Shown: positions 9,801-19,926 of the stretch, piece by piece
Numbering within the stretch: the first letter of the stretch is position 1
Layout of the letters: each line of letters begins with the position of its first letter
From: Pseudogymnoascus verrucosus
Taxonomy: Eukaryota
NCBI GenBank assembly: GCA_001662655.1
Contig: KV460260.1
DNA: 20,000 nucleotides
Direction: 5' to 3' (one strand)
Made by a program: the position numbers and the translations under genes
The notes under the pieces: generated by a model
What the model saw: the letters and a program-made list of their open reading frames with translations, nothing else
Database searches by the model: none
What the model was told of the DNA's origin: nothing

Positions 9801-11331
9801 TGCTTCTCTCAGTTTGCCTACTGGAGACGCTGACCGCTTCGACTTCAACTCGTGGGGAGCTTGTAGGGACGCCGTTGTGAGGACTGGTGTGGAGGCGGTC
9901 GTGAGGCGTGAAGGGCGGATGGCGGGCGCAGGGGATTTCGTAGGGGATGTGGTCGCACTCGATTGTCCGTCAGGAAGAGCGTTGTTAGGTATATTTGAAG
10001 ATTTAACGAGAGGTGAGGAGGTCGTTAAGTAACCACTGTGTGACGGGTGCGACTTGAGCGGTGGTGCAACGAAGGACCTGTGGGAAGCAAGGAGCTGTCA
10101 GAAGCCGAAGGGTTGTATGAAGGCTGACGGGCCGATGCGCCAAGGAGACAAGTAAAAGAAAAACGGTGAAGCTTGAGCGAGTGTAGCTATGCAATTGCAG
10201 TACAAAAGAGAGTGATTGAATTTTAATATTGGGAAAATGTAAGTATAAAGGAATCTGTGGGGGAATTTGACATGAAGTTTGGGGAGTAGAAGTGTTGTTG
10301 TAGTTTGGGGGAGGGGGGTTGAGGTTGTGTCTGACATGGGCTGAGAGGTACGTGTGAGTGTCCGGGGTGGAGTGTGAGGTCGGCGCAATAGAACGCCTCG
10401 CTGTCTCGCTTCTGACGCGGCCAGCGGGCGGTCAGTGGATAACGAACGGCCACAACAGCCAGAACAGCTAGAACAGTGGATAAATAGCCACAGAACTGCA
10501 ACTAGAACTGCAACTGTTGTGGGAAATCCACAAAGCAACCAGAGAAACTACTGTACTAACTTGTGCAGTAGCTTCAGTAGCTGCAGTTCAGTTACAGTAG
10601 CCATGAGCAACGTGGGATTGAAGCTCAAGTAACCCCAATGTCCCAATGCCCAATGCGTACCCCAAACCCGTATACGCTATACGCGTACAGAGCGAGCTGC
10701 ATGTGTCCGTTCCTGTCCGTTCGTGTCTCCATTATGCCTCGGTCGTCGTGGCATTTGTAGCATAACACGAGTACAGTACCCGAGTATATATAAATATACG
10801 GCGCCGATATATATGAGAAAAGAAAATAGGGTGCACTCACGACTCTTCATCATCTTCCGACTCAAAGATCAACAGACTGGCACGATCGCCCTCAACGTCG
10901 TCCGTCCGCGCTGATCCCTCCCCCATCTCCTCCCTCTCAATATCCCTAGGCCTATCCTCCAACGTCCCTCTCTCCGCAACAGCCCTCCCCCTCGCCGCCT
11001 CTTCTGCCTCCCGTTGCTCCTTCTTGTGTCTCCGTCGCGAGCGTATCCGTCGCGGCAGCAGCTTGTCGATACCGTTTTTCTCGCGCAGCTCGCCGAGACT
11101 GTGCAGGCTGTCGGAGTTGCTGCTGTGGCGCCCCGTCGACGAGAAGGACGAAAGCAGTCCGCCGTTCGCTAGGTCGCCGTTGCCAATGCTGCTGCCGTCG
11201 CTGATGGTCGAGCGTGTGTCGGCAGTCTGGCTGCGTCGCGTGGTCGGGGGTGGGCCAGAGTTCATGGACATGCTGCTCGTTCGAGAGGTGTTCGCGCGGG
11301 AGGGAGATGGGTCGGTTTTTGAAGATGGCAT
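6811..11331 (-). CDS. Gene 3: membrane-anchored lipid (sterol) transfer protein, GRAM + VASt/StART-like + TM + coiled coil (Lam/Ysp2/Ltc family), ~1230 aa. Exons 11331-10841, 10077-7490, 7424-6811
   Basis: GRAM motif: [60 protein letters not shown]. VASt motif: YIKPLNGSIGPRQTKC..TQTPDVPSGNVF..IEWTGKSWLR|VPIEKGANDGQ. TM segment MVYGLLVGLLVAAWFGF followed by AYEEVWRREESELWEWLEERV. Introns 10840-10078 (GTGAGT..CTGAC..CAG) and 7489-7425 (GTATGT..CTAAC..TAG) keep the frame (3693 nt). Confidence 0.93.
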
Positions 11332-12203
11332 TGTGCTGAGGTGAGCAATGCTCTGCTGTGCTGACGAATGTAGCTCGAAGCTCGTTGAGCCCGTATTGAA
11401 GTCGCAAAGTCGCAAAGTCGCAGGGGGGTGTTTGGCTAAAGTGCTGCTATGCCATGGGGAAGGCCAAGCAAGCCGTTGAGATGGCTCAGGTCGTGGGTGT
11501 TTTCTCCGTTCGATATCGCTGTAGGCTGGCTTGTCGATGGTTTGAAGTGATCGTTATACAGTTTCTTCGTATATACAGATATGTTTACAAGTTCAAGAGG
11601 TCTACAGAGAGGTTGGGAACAGATACGGGACAGAGCTCGAAATGATGGGATGGATGCCCCGGCTTAGACGGCTTAGCGGATGATTTAAAACTTGGATGGG
11701 GTACATCGTTCATGACCAAGAACTTCAACAGCTTCCAAGTATTTATTTATTTATTCTATTTTTTTGGATTTTCTAGGTAAAATACAGTAAAATATACAGA
11801 ATTAATCCAGTGATCTGTATGAAATTAACCAGCTTAAATATCTTCAAAACCGCATCTATTTATCCTACAAACTGTCCATCTCAGAGCACTTAAACAGCTT
11901 AAACCCACGTGGATTCCCTGTCAAGCCCACCAACGTCATCCCCACACACTAAAACAACTCAGCCGCAGCCACAGCCTTCTCTTCAGCCTCGCCGGAACAG
12001 CTGCCTCCACATCACCTTACATCACCACCTCACCCACAGCCTCATTGTTCCAGACCATCTCTTTCCGGCACAACAACACCAAACAGAACACAAGTACACT
12101 ACAACAACAGAACCAGCTTCACGCCCTACTACTCATCTGATAATGCCATCTTGATAGGCAAAAAACAACCCCACCACACTGCGCACAACCCACCACCGCC
12201 AAC
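11332..12203. promoter_or_regulatory. Divergent promoter/5'UTR region between genes 3 and 4
   Basis: Opposing ATGs, an AT-rich core at about 11735-11870, and a C/A-rich leader before the ATG at 12204. Confidence 0.5.
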
Positions 12204-13951
12204 ATGGAGTCCGCGCCCTTATCCCAGGTACCCCACCCCCCCAGGTGTCTCTCTCCCCAAAACCCAGCTAACTCCCTCCCCCCCAGGCCTACGACCACGC
12301 CCAAGCCGCCTCCATCGCAACCCACGCCTCCAACCACCCCGCCGCAATAACCGCCCACACCGCCGCCGCCACCTCCTTCGCCGCCGCCGCCACCACCACC
12401 ACCAGCCCCGAAGCCCTGCGCACCCTCGCCCTCCTCGCAACCCACCACAGCACCCTCTCCTCCCTCCTCACAGCCCCAAACCCGCCCCCAACACTCACCG
12501 ACGCCGATCTCTCCACCGGCTCTGACTCCCCCATCACCACCTCCGCCGCCGTCGCCGAGTTGCGCGCCAAATCCTCCTCCTCCTCCTCCGATGCCCCACA
12601 AACAACCGACGGACAACAACCCACCTCATCATCACGACGCACACCACCCACAAACTCCCTCCAACCCCCCCGCCGCATGCCCCCCCGCGAACTCTCCTCC
12701 TCAATAGCAAGCAACCTCGCCTCCGCGCGGGGCATCCGCACCGCTCACCCCCTCTCCCCAGGCCTAACAACCACCAACGCCCCCGGGGCCATCTCCGCGC
12801 GTCGGCGCACGCAGGACACCACACCCAGTTCCGGTCCCAGCTGGCTACCCCCAGTAAGCCATGACCAAATCGCACGCACCGACGCCGTCCCCTCACGAGC
12901 CGCGATGTCCACCCCCGCGGACGTCACACTCCCCGCATCAGACACAGATGAGGGATTCACCCGTTTCTACTCCACCTTCGAAGGCCTTCTCTCCAAACTT
13001 TCCGCCCCACTCGCTTTCGCCGGCCTCCCTCTCATAGCCGAAGAGCCCGCCGATCAACCCTCCAAACCACCCTCCCGCCCCTCCACCTCCGCATCAGCCA
13101 ACCCGGATTTGTCAAAATACATATCCCGCGCCGCCCTGCGCGCCTCGGCCTCAAACCCAGGTGCAGCAGCGGATTCTTTCTACGTCGTTCCTACTACTGG
13201 TGGTACAGCGAGTTACGCATCAATCCTCTCCTTTGCTGAGAAAGAGAAGCGACGGCTTGCGGACCAACGCCCCGCTTCTTCGTTCGAGGATGATGATTTT
13301 GTTGATGCGCGCGAACATCCATCGCCGCCTTCTCCTACGAAATCCAGGTCTTTCGCTGCTGCGGTGTCGACCTCGCGATCTGGTGGGGGAAAATCAGCGA
13401 AGGAAGTTGATCGCGAGAGAGAGGAGTTAGGAATCGAGAATAAGAGTCTTAAAGCCTGCATCGACATGCTCTCCAAACGCCTCCACGCCTTCGAAGCCGC
13501 GGCACAGAGCTCGACGATCGCGTTGCATGAGAGTATGCGTTTCCTCAAACCGGCGGGGGCGGCGACGCCTGTGGGCCCGCTTGTTTCCGAGCAGACCCGT
13601 AAGCTGAAGGAGAAGGGGAATGAGATGACGGAGAATGATAAGAGGATTCTTACGGCGCGCGCGGAGGGGTTGGAGGCTAGGCTCGTGGCGGTGGAAGCGC
13701 AGTTGGCGGATGAGAAGAGGGCGAGGAGGGTGGTGGAGGCGGAGAATGAGAAGTTGAGGGGGGTGGTGGGACGGTATAGGGAGAGGTGGGAACGGTTGAA
13801 GGAGGGGGCTAAGAGTAGGAGGGATGGTGGGGGTGGGGGGAAGGATGGGAAAGATGGGAAAGATGGTGGTGGGGGGAAGGAGGGGAAGGAGGGGGGAAAT
13901 GGTGGAGAGGGGAAACAGCCTGTGGATGGGGGGAGGTTTGTGGCTGGCTAG
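12204..13951 (+). CDS. Gene 4: N-terminal MIT-like helical domain + C-terminal coiled coil, possibly Atg38/NRBF2-like, ~562 aa. Exons 12204-12227, 12287-13951
   Basis: AACATGG start, 8-codon first exon MESAPLSQ, and intron 12228-12286 (GTACCC..GCTAAC..CAG) in frame with the long ORF. Motifs: AYDHAQAA..H..AA..F..AA..EALRTLALL, GFTRFYSTFEGLLSKLSAPLAFAGLPL, DSFYVVP, and coiled coil ENEKLRGVVGRYRERWERLKEGAKSRR. Confidence 0.88.
13826..13912 (+). repeat. Gly/Lys/Asp low-complexity coding repeat (GKD/GKE units), very G-rich
   Basis: Encodes GGGGGKDGKDGKDGGGGKEGKEGGNGGEG with 9-nt GGGAAAGAT-type units. Confidence 0.8.
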
Positions 13952-14339
13952 TGGGGGGAGGATTGTTATGTTTTTTTGTGGTGTTGGAGTAGGTTTTATG
14001 GGAGCGTTTGGCGTTTGGGGAAGGGGCGTAAGAGAGAGGGGATATGTATTACACTACACTATTATACGTGCACTGTGCGTTGTGGACGTAGTTATTAATC
14101 GAGTCTATCAATACCCAATTTTTTTCATCCCATCTACGTGATAAATATCTTCCTCTGTGGGTCACTAGAATCAGGACGGCGAGCTATGGATTTTTTTATC
14201 GTCGACGAATATCAAAGGGCGGATAGAGACCTTTTGTGATATATTCCTGACCGGATACGACGCAGCCGGTGCAAGGTCTGGTTATTCTATCGTCGTTGGT
14301 GTGTGTTGTGATGCCGTACTCACGTTTAAGATGTGAGGG

Positions 14340-15215
14340 GAGTCTTCATCCCGTCTGGTGATATTTTCATCTCATCTCACCTCGCACTCTCCACTTACCC
14401 CTCTGCATCTCCAAATGCATAAAGATCAAATGACATGAGTCCTCTCTTAGGTATCCCGAGTCAACTGCCGGATCCTAGGGTAAAGAAGGCTGCTGATCTA
14501 GGGAAGGAAGATCCTTCATCCCATCTTATCCGAATCAGATTCTGCCTAGAGCGTATCAATAACTTCTCGTCCTATTTCAGACGTGTCAAATCAAGTGCCG
14601 GATCTGGGGTGCAGAAGGTTGGAGATCAGACGGAAGGGGGTCATCCCATCTTATCCAGATGTGCTGGGGCGGACTAATCTTGGGATGATTCTGCCGGGTG
14701 TCGTCCCATATTTTACAGATGGTGGAGTGTTAGATTCTGCATCTAAAAGGATGGAGGTGTGGAATCTAGTGCTGACACTGTCTTCCTCAGATGTGTTAAA
14801 TTCCGGGGTACAGAAGATTGGAGATCCGGGGGAAGGAGGTCGTTCCCAACTTATCCAGAATACCCAGATCAAATTCTGCATCCCAAGTCTCATCTCATCT
14901 TTTTAGATGCTTCTCCGTCGGATTCAGCGTCCCGGATTTCATCCCATCTTTCAGACGGTGTAGCGTTAGGTTCTGCGTCTAGATGTTGCAAATCCGCTAT
15001 CTAGCGCTGACCTTGTCTTCCCCGGACGTGCTGAATCCTGGGGTACAGAACGTTGGAGATCCGGGGAAAGAGGTCATCGGATTTTATCCAAATGTATATT
15101 ACGTCCGAAGTGTATCAATAGCTGCTCCTACTATCTCGGGCGTGCCGAGTTGAGTGCCGAATCTAGGGTATGCTAGTTTAAAGGTCCTCCATCCTCTACT
15201 CATCCCATCTCGCCC
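14340..15215. repeat. Degenerate composite direct-repeat array (four ~60-bp core copies plus a partial fifth, with shared linker blocks)
   Basis: Core resembling GATCYGGGGTACAGAAGGTTGGAGATCCGGGGGAAGGAGGTCATCCCATCTTATCC at about 14470, 14600, 14800, 15034 (partial at about 15159). TCATCCCATCT-like motif at 14346, 14367, 14516, 14641, 14701, 14890, 14939, 15200. Confidence 0.8.
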
Positions 15216-15600
15216 ACACGACAAAATCTTAACACCCCCCATCCTGGCCATGACACCCTTTTCTCTCTTACAACACTTGGAACTTGAGCTGACGATTGCC
15301 AGGGTTATCCAAGTGTACGATGTTAGGCAAATCATCAGATAGGCATTCTCGCTCCGTACGGAACTTTGGACTGGGAGGGAAGACCGCTGTTGGGATGCTG
15401 CATCCGCGAAATCCAGAGGGGACGATCCGGATATGAGCGACCACTATTGGGACGGGGTACTTCAAAAGGGATGTTCTAGAAGAAGTTCTGGGAAGGGAGA
15501 AGGTTTCACATCGCATGTCAGACAGACGGTAGGCACAGCACAAAAATAGGGGAAGTGAACCGATGGCGCCACCATACACGCCACGCACCACAGTTCGTCG
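14340..15600 (-). pseudogene. Possible relic of a repeat-containing protein gene
   Basis: The minus strand gives recurring RWD[ED] and DAE[SPF][DN] peptides (e.g. LDAEPNATPSERWDEIRDAESDGEAS, LDAESNTPPS, VWARWDE), broken by stops and frameshifts. Confidence 0.3.
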
Positions 15601-17118
15601 CAACGCACATCACCACCCCTCGCAGCCATCTACCGCGCACGCCCCCTACCACCACGCTGGCCAGCCCTCACCACATGTTCGCCACAGCGCCGATCATCGC
15701 CATCAACAAAAGTGATTGCGATCATCCAGGCCCAGACGCCGCTGATCGCAGGCCGCCCAGCCTAGGGGAAATTAAGCACTCCGCAGCGCTGTACTCCGTG
15801 TGTATTTTTGGTCGATAGAAACGTGCGGACTGTGTGGGAGGTGCGTGGGCGCTGATCGGGGTGCGCTATTGTGGGGTGTATTGTTGTGCGCTGTGGGGGG
15901 TTTTTTTTTGCTTTGGGGGCAGATTTGGGGGGGTGTCAGCTTCAAACTAGGGAGTGTCATGCTAAGATTCTGTGTATCTTAGGAGGGCGATGGGGGGGTG
16001 CTTTGTGGCGGCGGGTTCATGGCAGCAATATGATCGATCATATCGTCGATCTTGACATTGGCATTCAGCCGTGTCAGAGTCGATATGGGAAAGGATGGAT
16101 ATTAAAACCGACATCAGAAGCCCCTAAGAACTTAAGAACCACGGCGGCTCGCCTAGTTGGTCTTAGTACGGAGTAAGTGGAGTTCTAACATCGAACATGA
16201 CAAATTTGACGTGCCGACGACCCTGTTCCTCTCCAGCAAAACATGGGAGTTTCGATAATTGTTGGGTAAGATTGTACCTAGAATTACTGCTTATTATTGC
16301 TGTCTTGCTGTCCTCGTACTTACTCGTACTGCGAATTTTGTAGGGGTCTTGTCACAACTTTACAGCTTTACAGTATGGAGGGTGAAGTTAATCTTATATG
16401 CGACATTCTCGGTGGTCCTGGCCCCGTTGCCGATGTCGCCAATCCCCTCCTGATTGGCCAAGCGACAACGACATCTCGCTATCCCAGACGACGATCAGGG
16501 ACAACGAGTCAACCTCAAACATCAGCGATGGACCAACAAGGGCCAAAGAGGGCCGTTCGCCAGAACTGAGACTGACGGATGAAAAAAAGTGTGCTACAGA
16601 CTCGAGATCTTGTGCCCTCATGAATGTGAGAGAAGTTCATACCTGATCCCGTCCGCGATGCGACGGCAAGGCTGATCTTGGTATGGCTTCGTCTTCTCCA
16701 GATGCCGCTCTTCATCCGGCACTTGAGGAGAGGGGCTTCGGTATTCAAAAAGCATGCCGGCTGAGATGGCTAAGTTGAGGAGAGCAAGAGATATAGATAT
16801 GGCGTCTTCTCCGGTCGCCCCTTCCTTTCCACGGATTCAAATTCAAATTTCTTTCCAATCTTAGATTCGTTCTACATCTCACGTCGCTTGCCGTCCTGCA
16901 GTCCTTCATTCCTTCCAAGGTTCATTCATTCGTTCCCAGATTAACCTGTCACTCGTTGGTGTCCTCACCACAGTCTGTACCTTTCCTTATGCTTTGCATC
17001 TAGCCCCCCGCCAGTGTATCATTCCCGCAGCCCCTCCCCAGCGTTTCAACCTCCACACACCACAACCCCAGCACGAACGCCCAATCGCACCACCATCAAT
17101 CCCCACCGGACAGCAGGC

Positions 17119-19805
17119 ATGGCCCATGGCATCCTCATTCGCAGCGGGTCCGCCGCGCACCTCGTGCCTTTCATACCCACCAGGCGAGACACTAGCGCAA
17201 CGGCTCTCACTTCCCACCCTCCATCCTCCTCCCGCATAAACATCTCCCGTCCCCACAAGCCCGCCTTCGCGCGCGCTGCCAACTACTTCACCAGGACGCC
17301 GCCCGATCGCCCTCGCACCTCCTCCGGCCCCAATAAACAAACTATCATCCATCTCGGGCCCGCGAAGCAGCAGCAGAAGCAGCAGCAGCATCGCCGCAGC
17401 GCCAGCGAAGACTCTCAGCTCCCCGCCAACGCATCATACTTCGCCAATCGCGCCCTCCCGCCTACTCCTCCAGACGAGACCACAGCGATCGCGGAGGCGC
17501 GCAGGCGCGAGTTCGAGAAATACGGATACGCCTCTCTTCCAGATACGCCCACCTCGGTCATGAGCGCCCTCCAGAGAGTCATCACGGATGAGATGCCCAT
17601 TGGCATGGCTCTAGGCTCACCCAGCCAGGCGCCGCAATACCAGTCATCCCCCCGTGCACATCACCTCACAAACGTCCGCTTTGCGCCGCCATCATCAGCG
17701 TCGCAGCCTTCCCTCGCATCCGCCACGACGTCGACTAGCAGGGCTGAGTCGCCCGTTGCCACCCCACCACCGGCGCAGCGTCAGAAGGGGAAATGGAAGC
17801 TCTTCGGCGGACTGTTCAGGAAACCACAGCCGCAGGCGCAAGAGGCGTTCTATAAGCTAGAGCCGGAAGCGGCGCAAGAGACTGACCCAGAACCAGATTG
17901 GTTGCACTTCCCCGAGCCGCCGGCGGCGATGGAGGCGCAGCGCGGATGGGGAAGGACGAAGTCGGAGAGGCGGCCGCAAACCGCGAAACCGAGGTTAGCA
18001 CGTTCGGCAACAGCACCAGTTGATGGGCCGGATGTTAGTACGCCTCCGAGGGAGACGAGGCGGTTGGAGAAGAGGGAGAGGGTTCCTGTTGATACGCCGA
18101 TGCAAACTCATGTGGAAGACGAGTGGGCGGCCATGACGCCGAAGCCAGAGAGGTCGTTACTAGCGGTTGAAATCCCAACGACAGAGTTGGAGCGGTATAG
18201 CGTCATGTTCTCCTCGCTTCTGGACAAGAAGAACGGCACGCAGCCCTCGACGTCAGGTCTCCTAGCGCGAAGGCAGGCAACGCTCGATCGTCTAAAGAGT
18301 GTTAACGAGACGATCGCAGAGCTTGTGAGTCTACTTCCTCTAGTCGCTAGCGCCCATCTAACGTAAAGCAGGAACGCACCGAGCAGCGCCTCGACGCACA
18401 AAAACCCACTCGTCCTCGCCGTGCCACCTCGCCGAACCCACAGTACTCCCCGCGCCACTCACCGCGCCACTCCCCAGGTCTCTCGCAATCCCCACGCCAC
18501 TCTCCATCCTTCTCGCTCTTCCCCAACGGTGCAACTCTGGCCACTCACCCTTCACAACCAAACCTCTCTCCCACCCTCACCCGGCACCCAACATTTAACC
18601 CACCAAGCCCTACCAAACCATCTCACCCCCACCGCCTAGCACCCAACCGACTCACCCGCTCCAACACCTCCCCAGCAGTCCTCACCCCACTTCAAGAATC
18701 ATTCACTCCCTCACTTCCCCAGCCACGACGCCACGCCACCGACTCAGAAACACATACCATCGTTCTCGTCGGCACACCACCCTCTCACGCCCCCCCTCTT
18801 CCATCCTCACAATCCGCCCTCCCCGCAAACCCTTATCCCCGACACCAAGCAGAAACGCCCACAACCCCCTGGACAGACGGCGCCACCCTCCTCTCACCCC
18901 TCTCCACCGCCTCCCTCCCCGCCACCCCGGCCGTCCACCTCAACGCTCGTCCCCCGCCTCAAACAGAGCCGGAATGGGAAATGGTCCCCCCTCCCACCAC
19001 GCAACACGAAACCCGCGACCGCAGCCGTGATCGCTACCCTAGACGCTACGCCTCCCCTGGCTCGAGCGCAGGTAGCGGGAGCTCGGGTCGTGGATCCGAG
19101 TCTGCGGGGACGCAGGGGAGTGTGTCTAGCGCTTCGAGTGCGGAGGCTGAAAGTCCTATTAAGGCTCCTGCTTTTGCTATCGCGCCTGCGCCGACGGGGA
19201 TAAGGAGGAAGCCGAGTAAACCTATCATGCCGATTCCTACATCGCACGCTATGCCATCACCGCAGCCTCATGCACAAGCGCAGCCTCATGCACAAGGATA
19301 CGTACACCCGCAGCAGCAGCAACAGCAGCATACCCCGCGCCGTCCTGCACCTCCGCCGCTAACGACTATGTCCTCAGGCTCGGGCAACGTCCAACGCGCG
19401 GAACAGGTCCCACATGTAAAAGTGAAGGGCAGCGTGGCGGTCGCGCGGCAGATGTCGCTTGCGAGACAGCGCGAGCGCGAGGAGGCCGAGGCGGCGACGG
19501 GGGGAGGGATGGGCGTTGGTGTCGCGAGGCAGATGTCGGTTAGTCGTGCGAGGATCACGACTACGGTTGGGGCTGCGCCTACGGGTGTGAGGCGGACGAG
19601 GACGAGGGAGGGACATGGAGAGGGTGGTGGGGAGAGAGAGAGGGAGAGGGGACAGGAAAGAGTTGTTGGTGATGCTGGGGGGGACGGAGAGAGGGTGGTA
19701 GGGGGGGAGAAGATTGTGGTTAGGAATCGGGCGAGGACTGCGCAGAGGGTTGTGGGAGTGGAGGGGGGTGCGAGGAAGAGCGAGTACGGGGTGCTTGTTG
19801 GATAG
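17119..19805 (+). CDS. Gene 5: uncharacterised, largely disordered Pro/Ser/Arg-rich fungal protein. Exons ~17119-18324 and 18372-19805; start uncertain
   Basis: The phase-0 intron 18325-18371 (GTGAGT..CTAAC..CAG) joins the 17014 ORF to an open frame running through 18981-19805 (18372-18980 checked codon by codon). Motif islands: PIGMALGSP, KWKLFGGLFRK, LLAVEIPTTELERYSVMFSSLL, LLARRQATL, SFSLFP, LTRSNTSP, EPEWEM, VARQMS x2. The first in-frame ATG is 17119, but the frame is open further upstream. Confidence 0.82.
19261..19296 (+). repeat. 18-bp tandem duplication CGCAGCCTCATGCACAAG x2 (QPHAQ), followed by a short CAG/poly-Gln run
   Basis: Read directly from the sequence. Confidence 0.85.
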
Positions 19806-19926
19806 GGGGTTAGATTTGGTAAATGGAAATGGAAATGGGGGGTGGATGGTGTTTGGATTCGGAGTGGATATTATTAATATACCCAAGTAAATATTTATAA
19901 CATTTAAAAATTAACAGGATTAATTT

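Noticed and set aside
8887..10032. 381-aa plus-strand ORF antisense to gene 3
   Set aside because: Shadow ORF of GC-rich, Ser/Pro-rich coding sequence. It starts at a GTG, has no recognisable motifs, and the minus strand carries the conserved domains.
10098..10538. 146-aa minus-strand ORF inside the long LAM intron
   Set aside because: No recognisable motifs, and it ends at the branch point. More simply explained as intron sequence.
12119..12960. Gly/Arg/Val-rich antisense ORFs and the Arg/Pro/His-rich alternative frame over gene 4
   Set aside because: By-products of extreme C-richness, which makes stop codons rare.
14460..15180. CRISPR-like repeat-spacer array
   Set aside because: The DNA is eukaryotic, the repeats are long and divergent, the linkers are themselves duplicated and irregular in length, and there are no cas genes.
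16030..16980. Short ORFs upstream of gene 5
   Set aside because: No coherent splice model or motifs. Likely promoter/5' UTR, though a UTR intron ending near 16973 or 17014 cannot be excluded.
18367..18980. Apparent gap or frameshift between the 17014 and 18981 ORFs
   Set aside because: The frame is open from 18372 after a 47-nt intron, so it is one gene.
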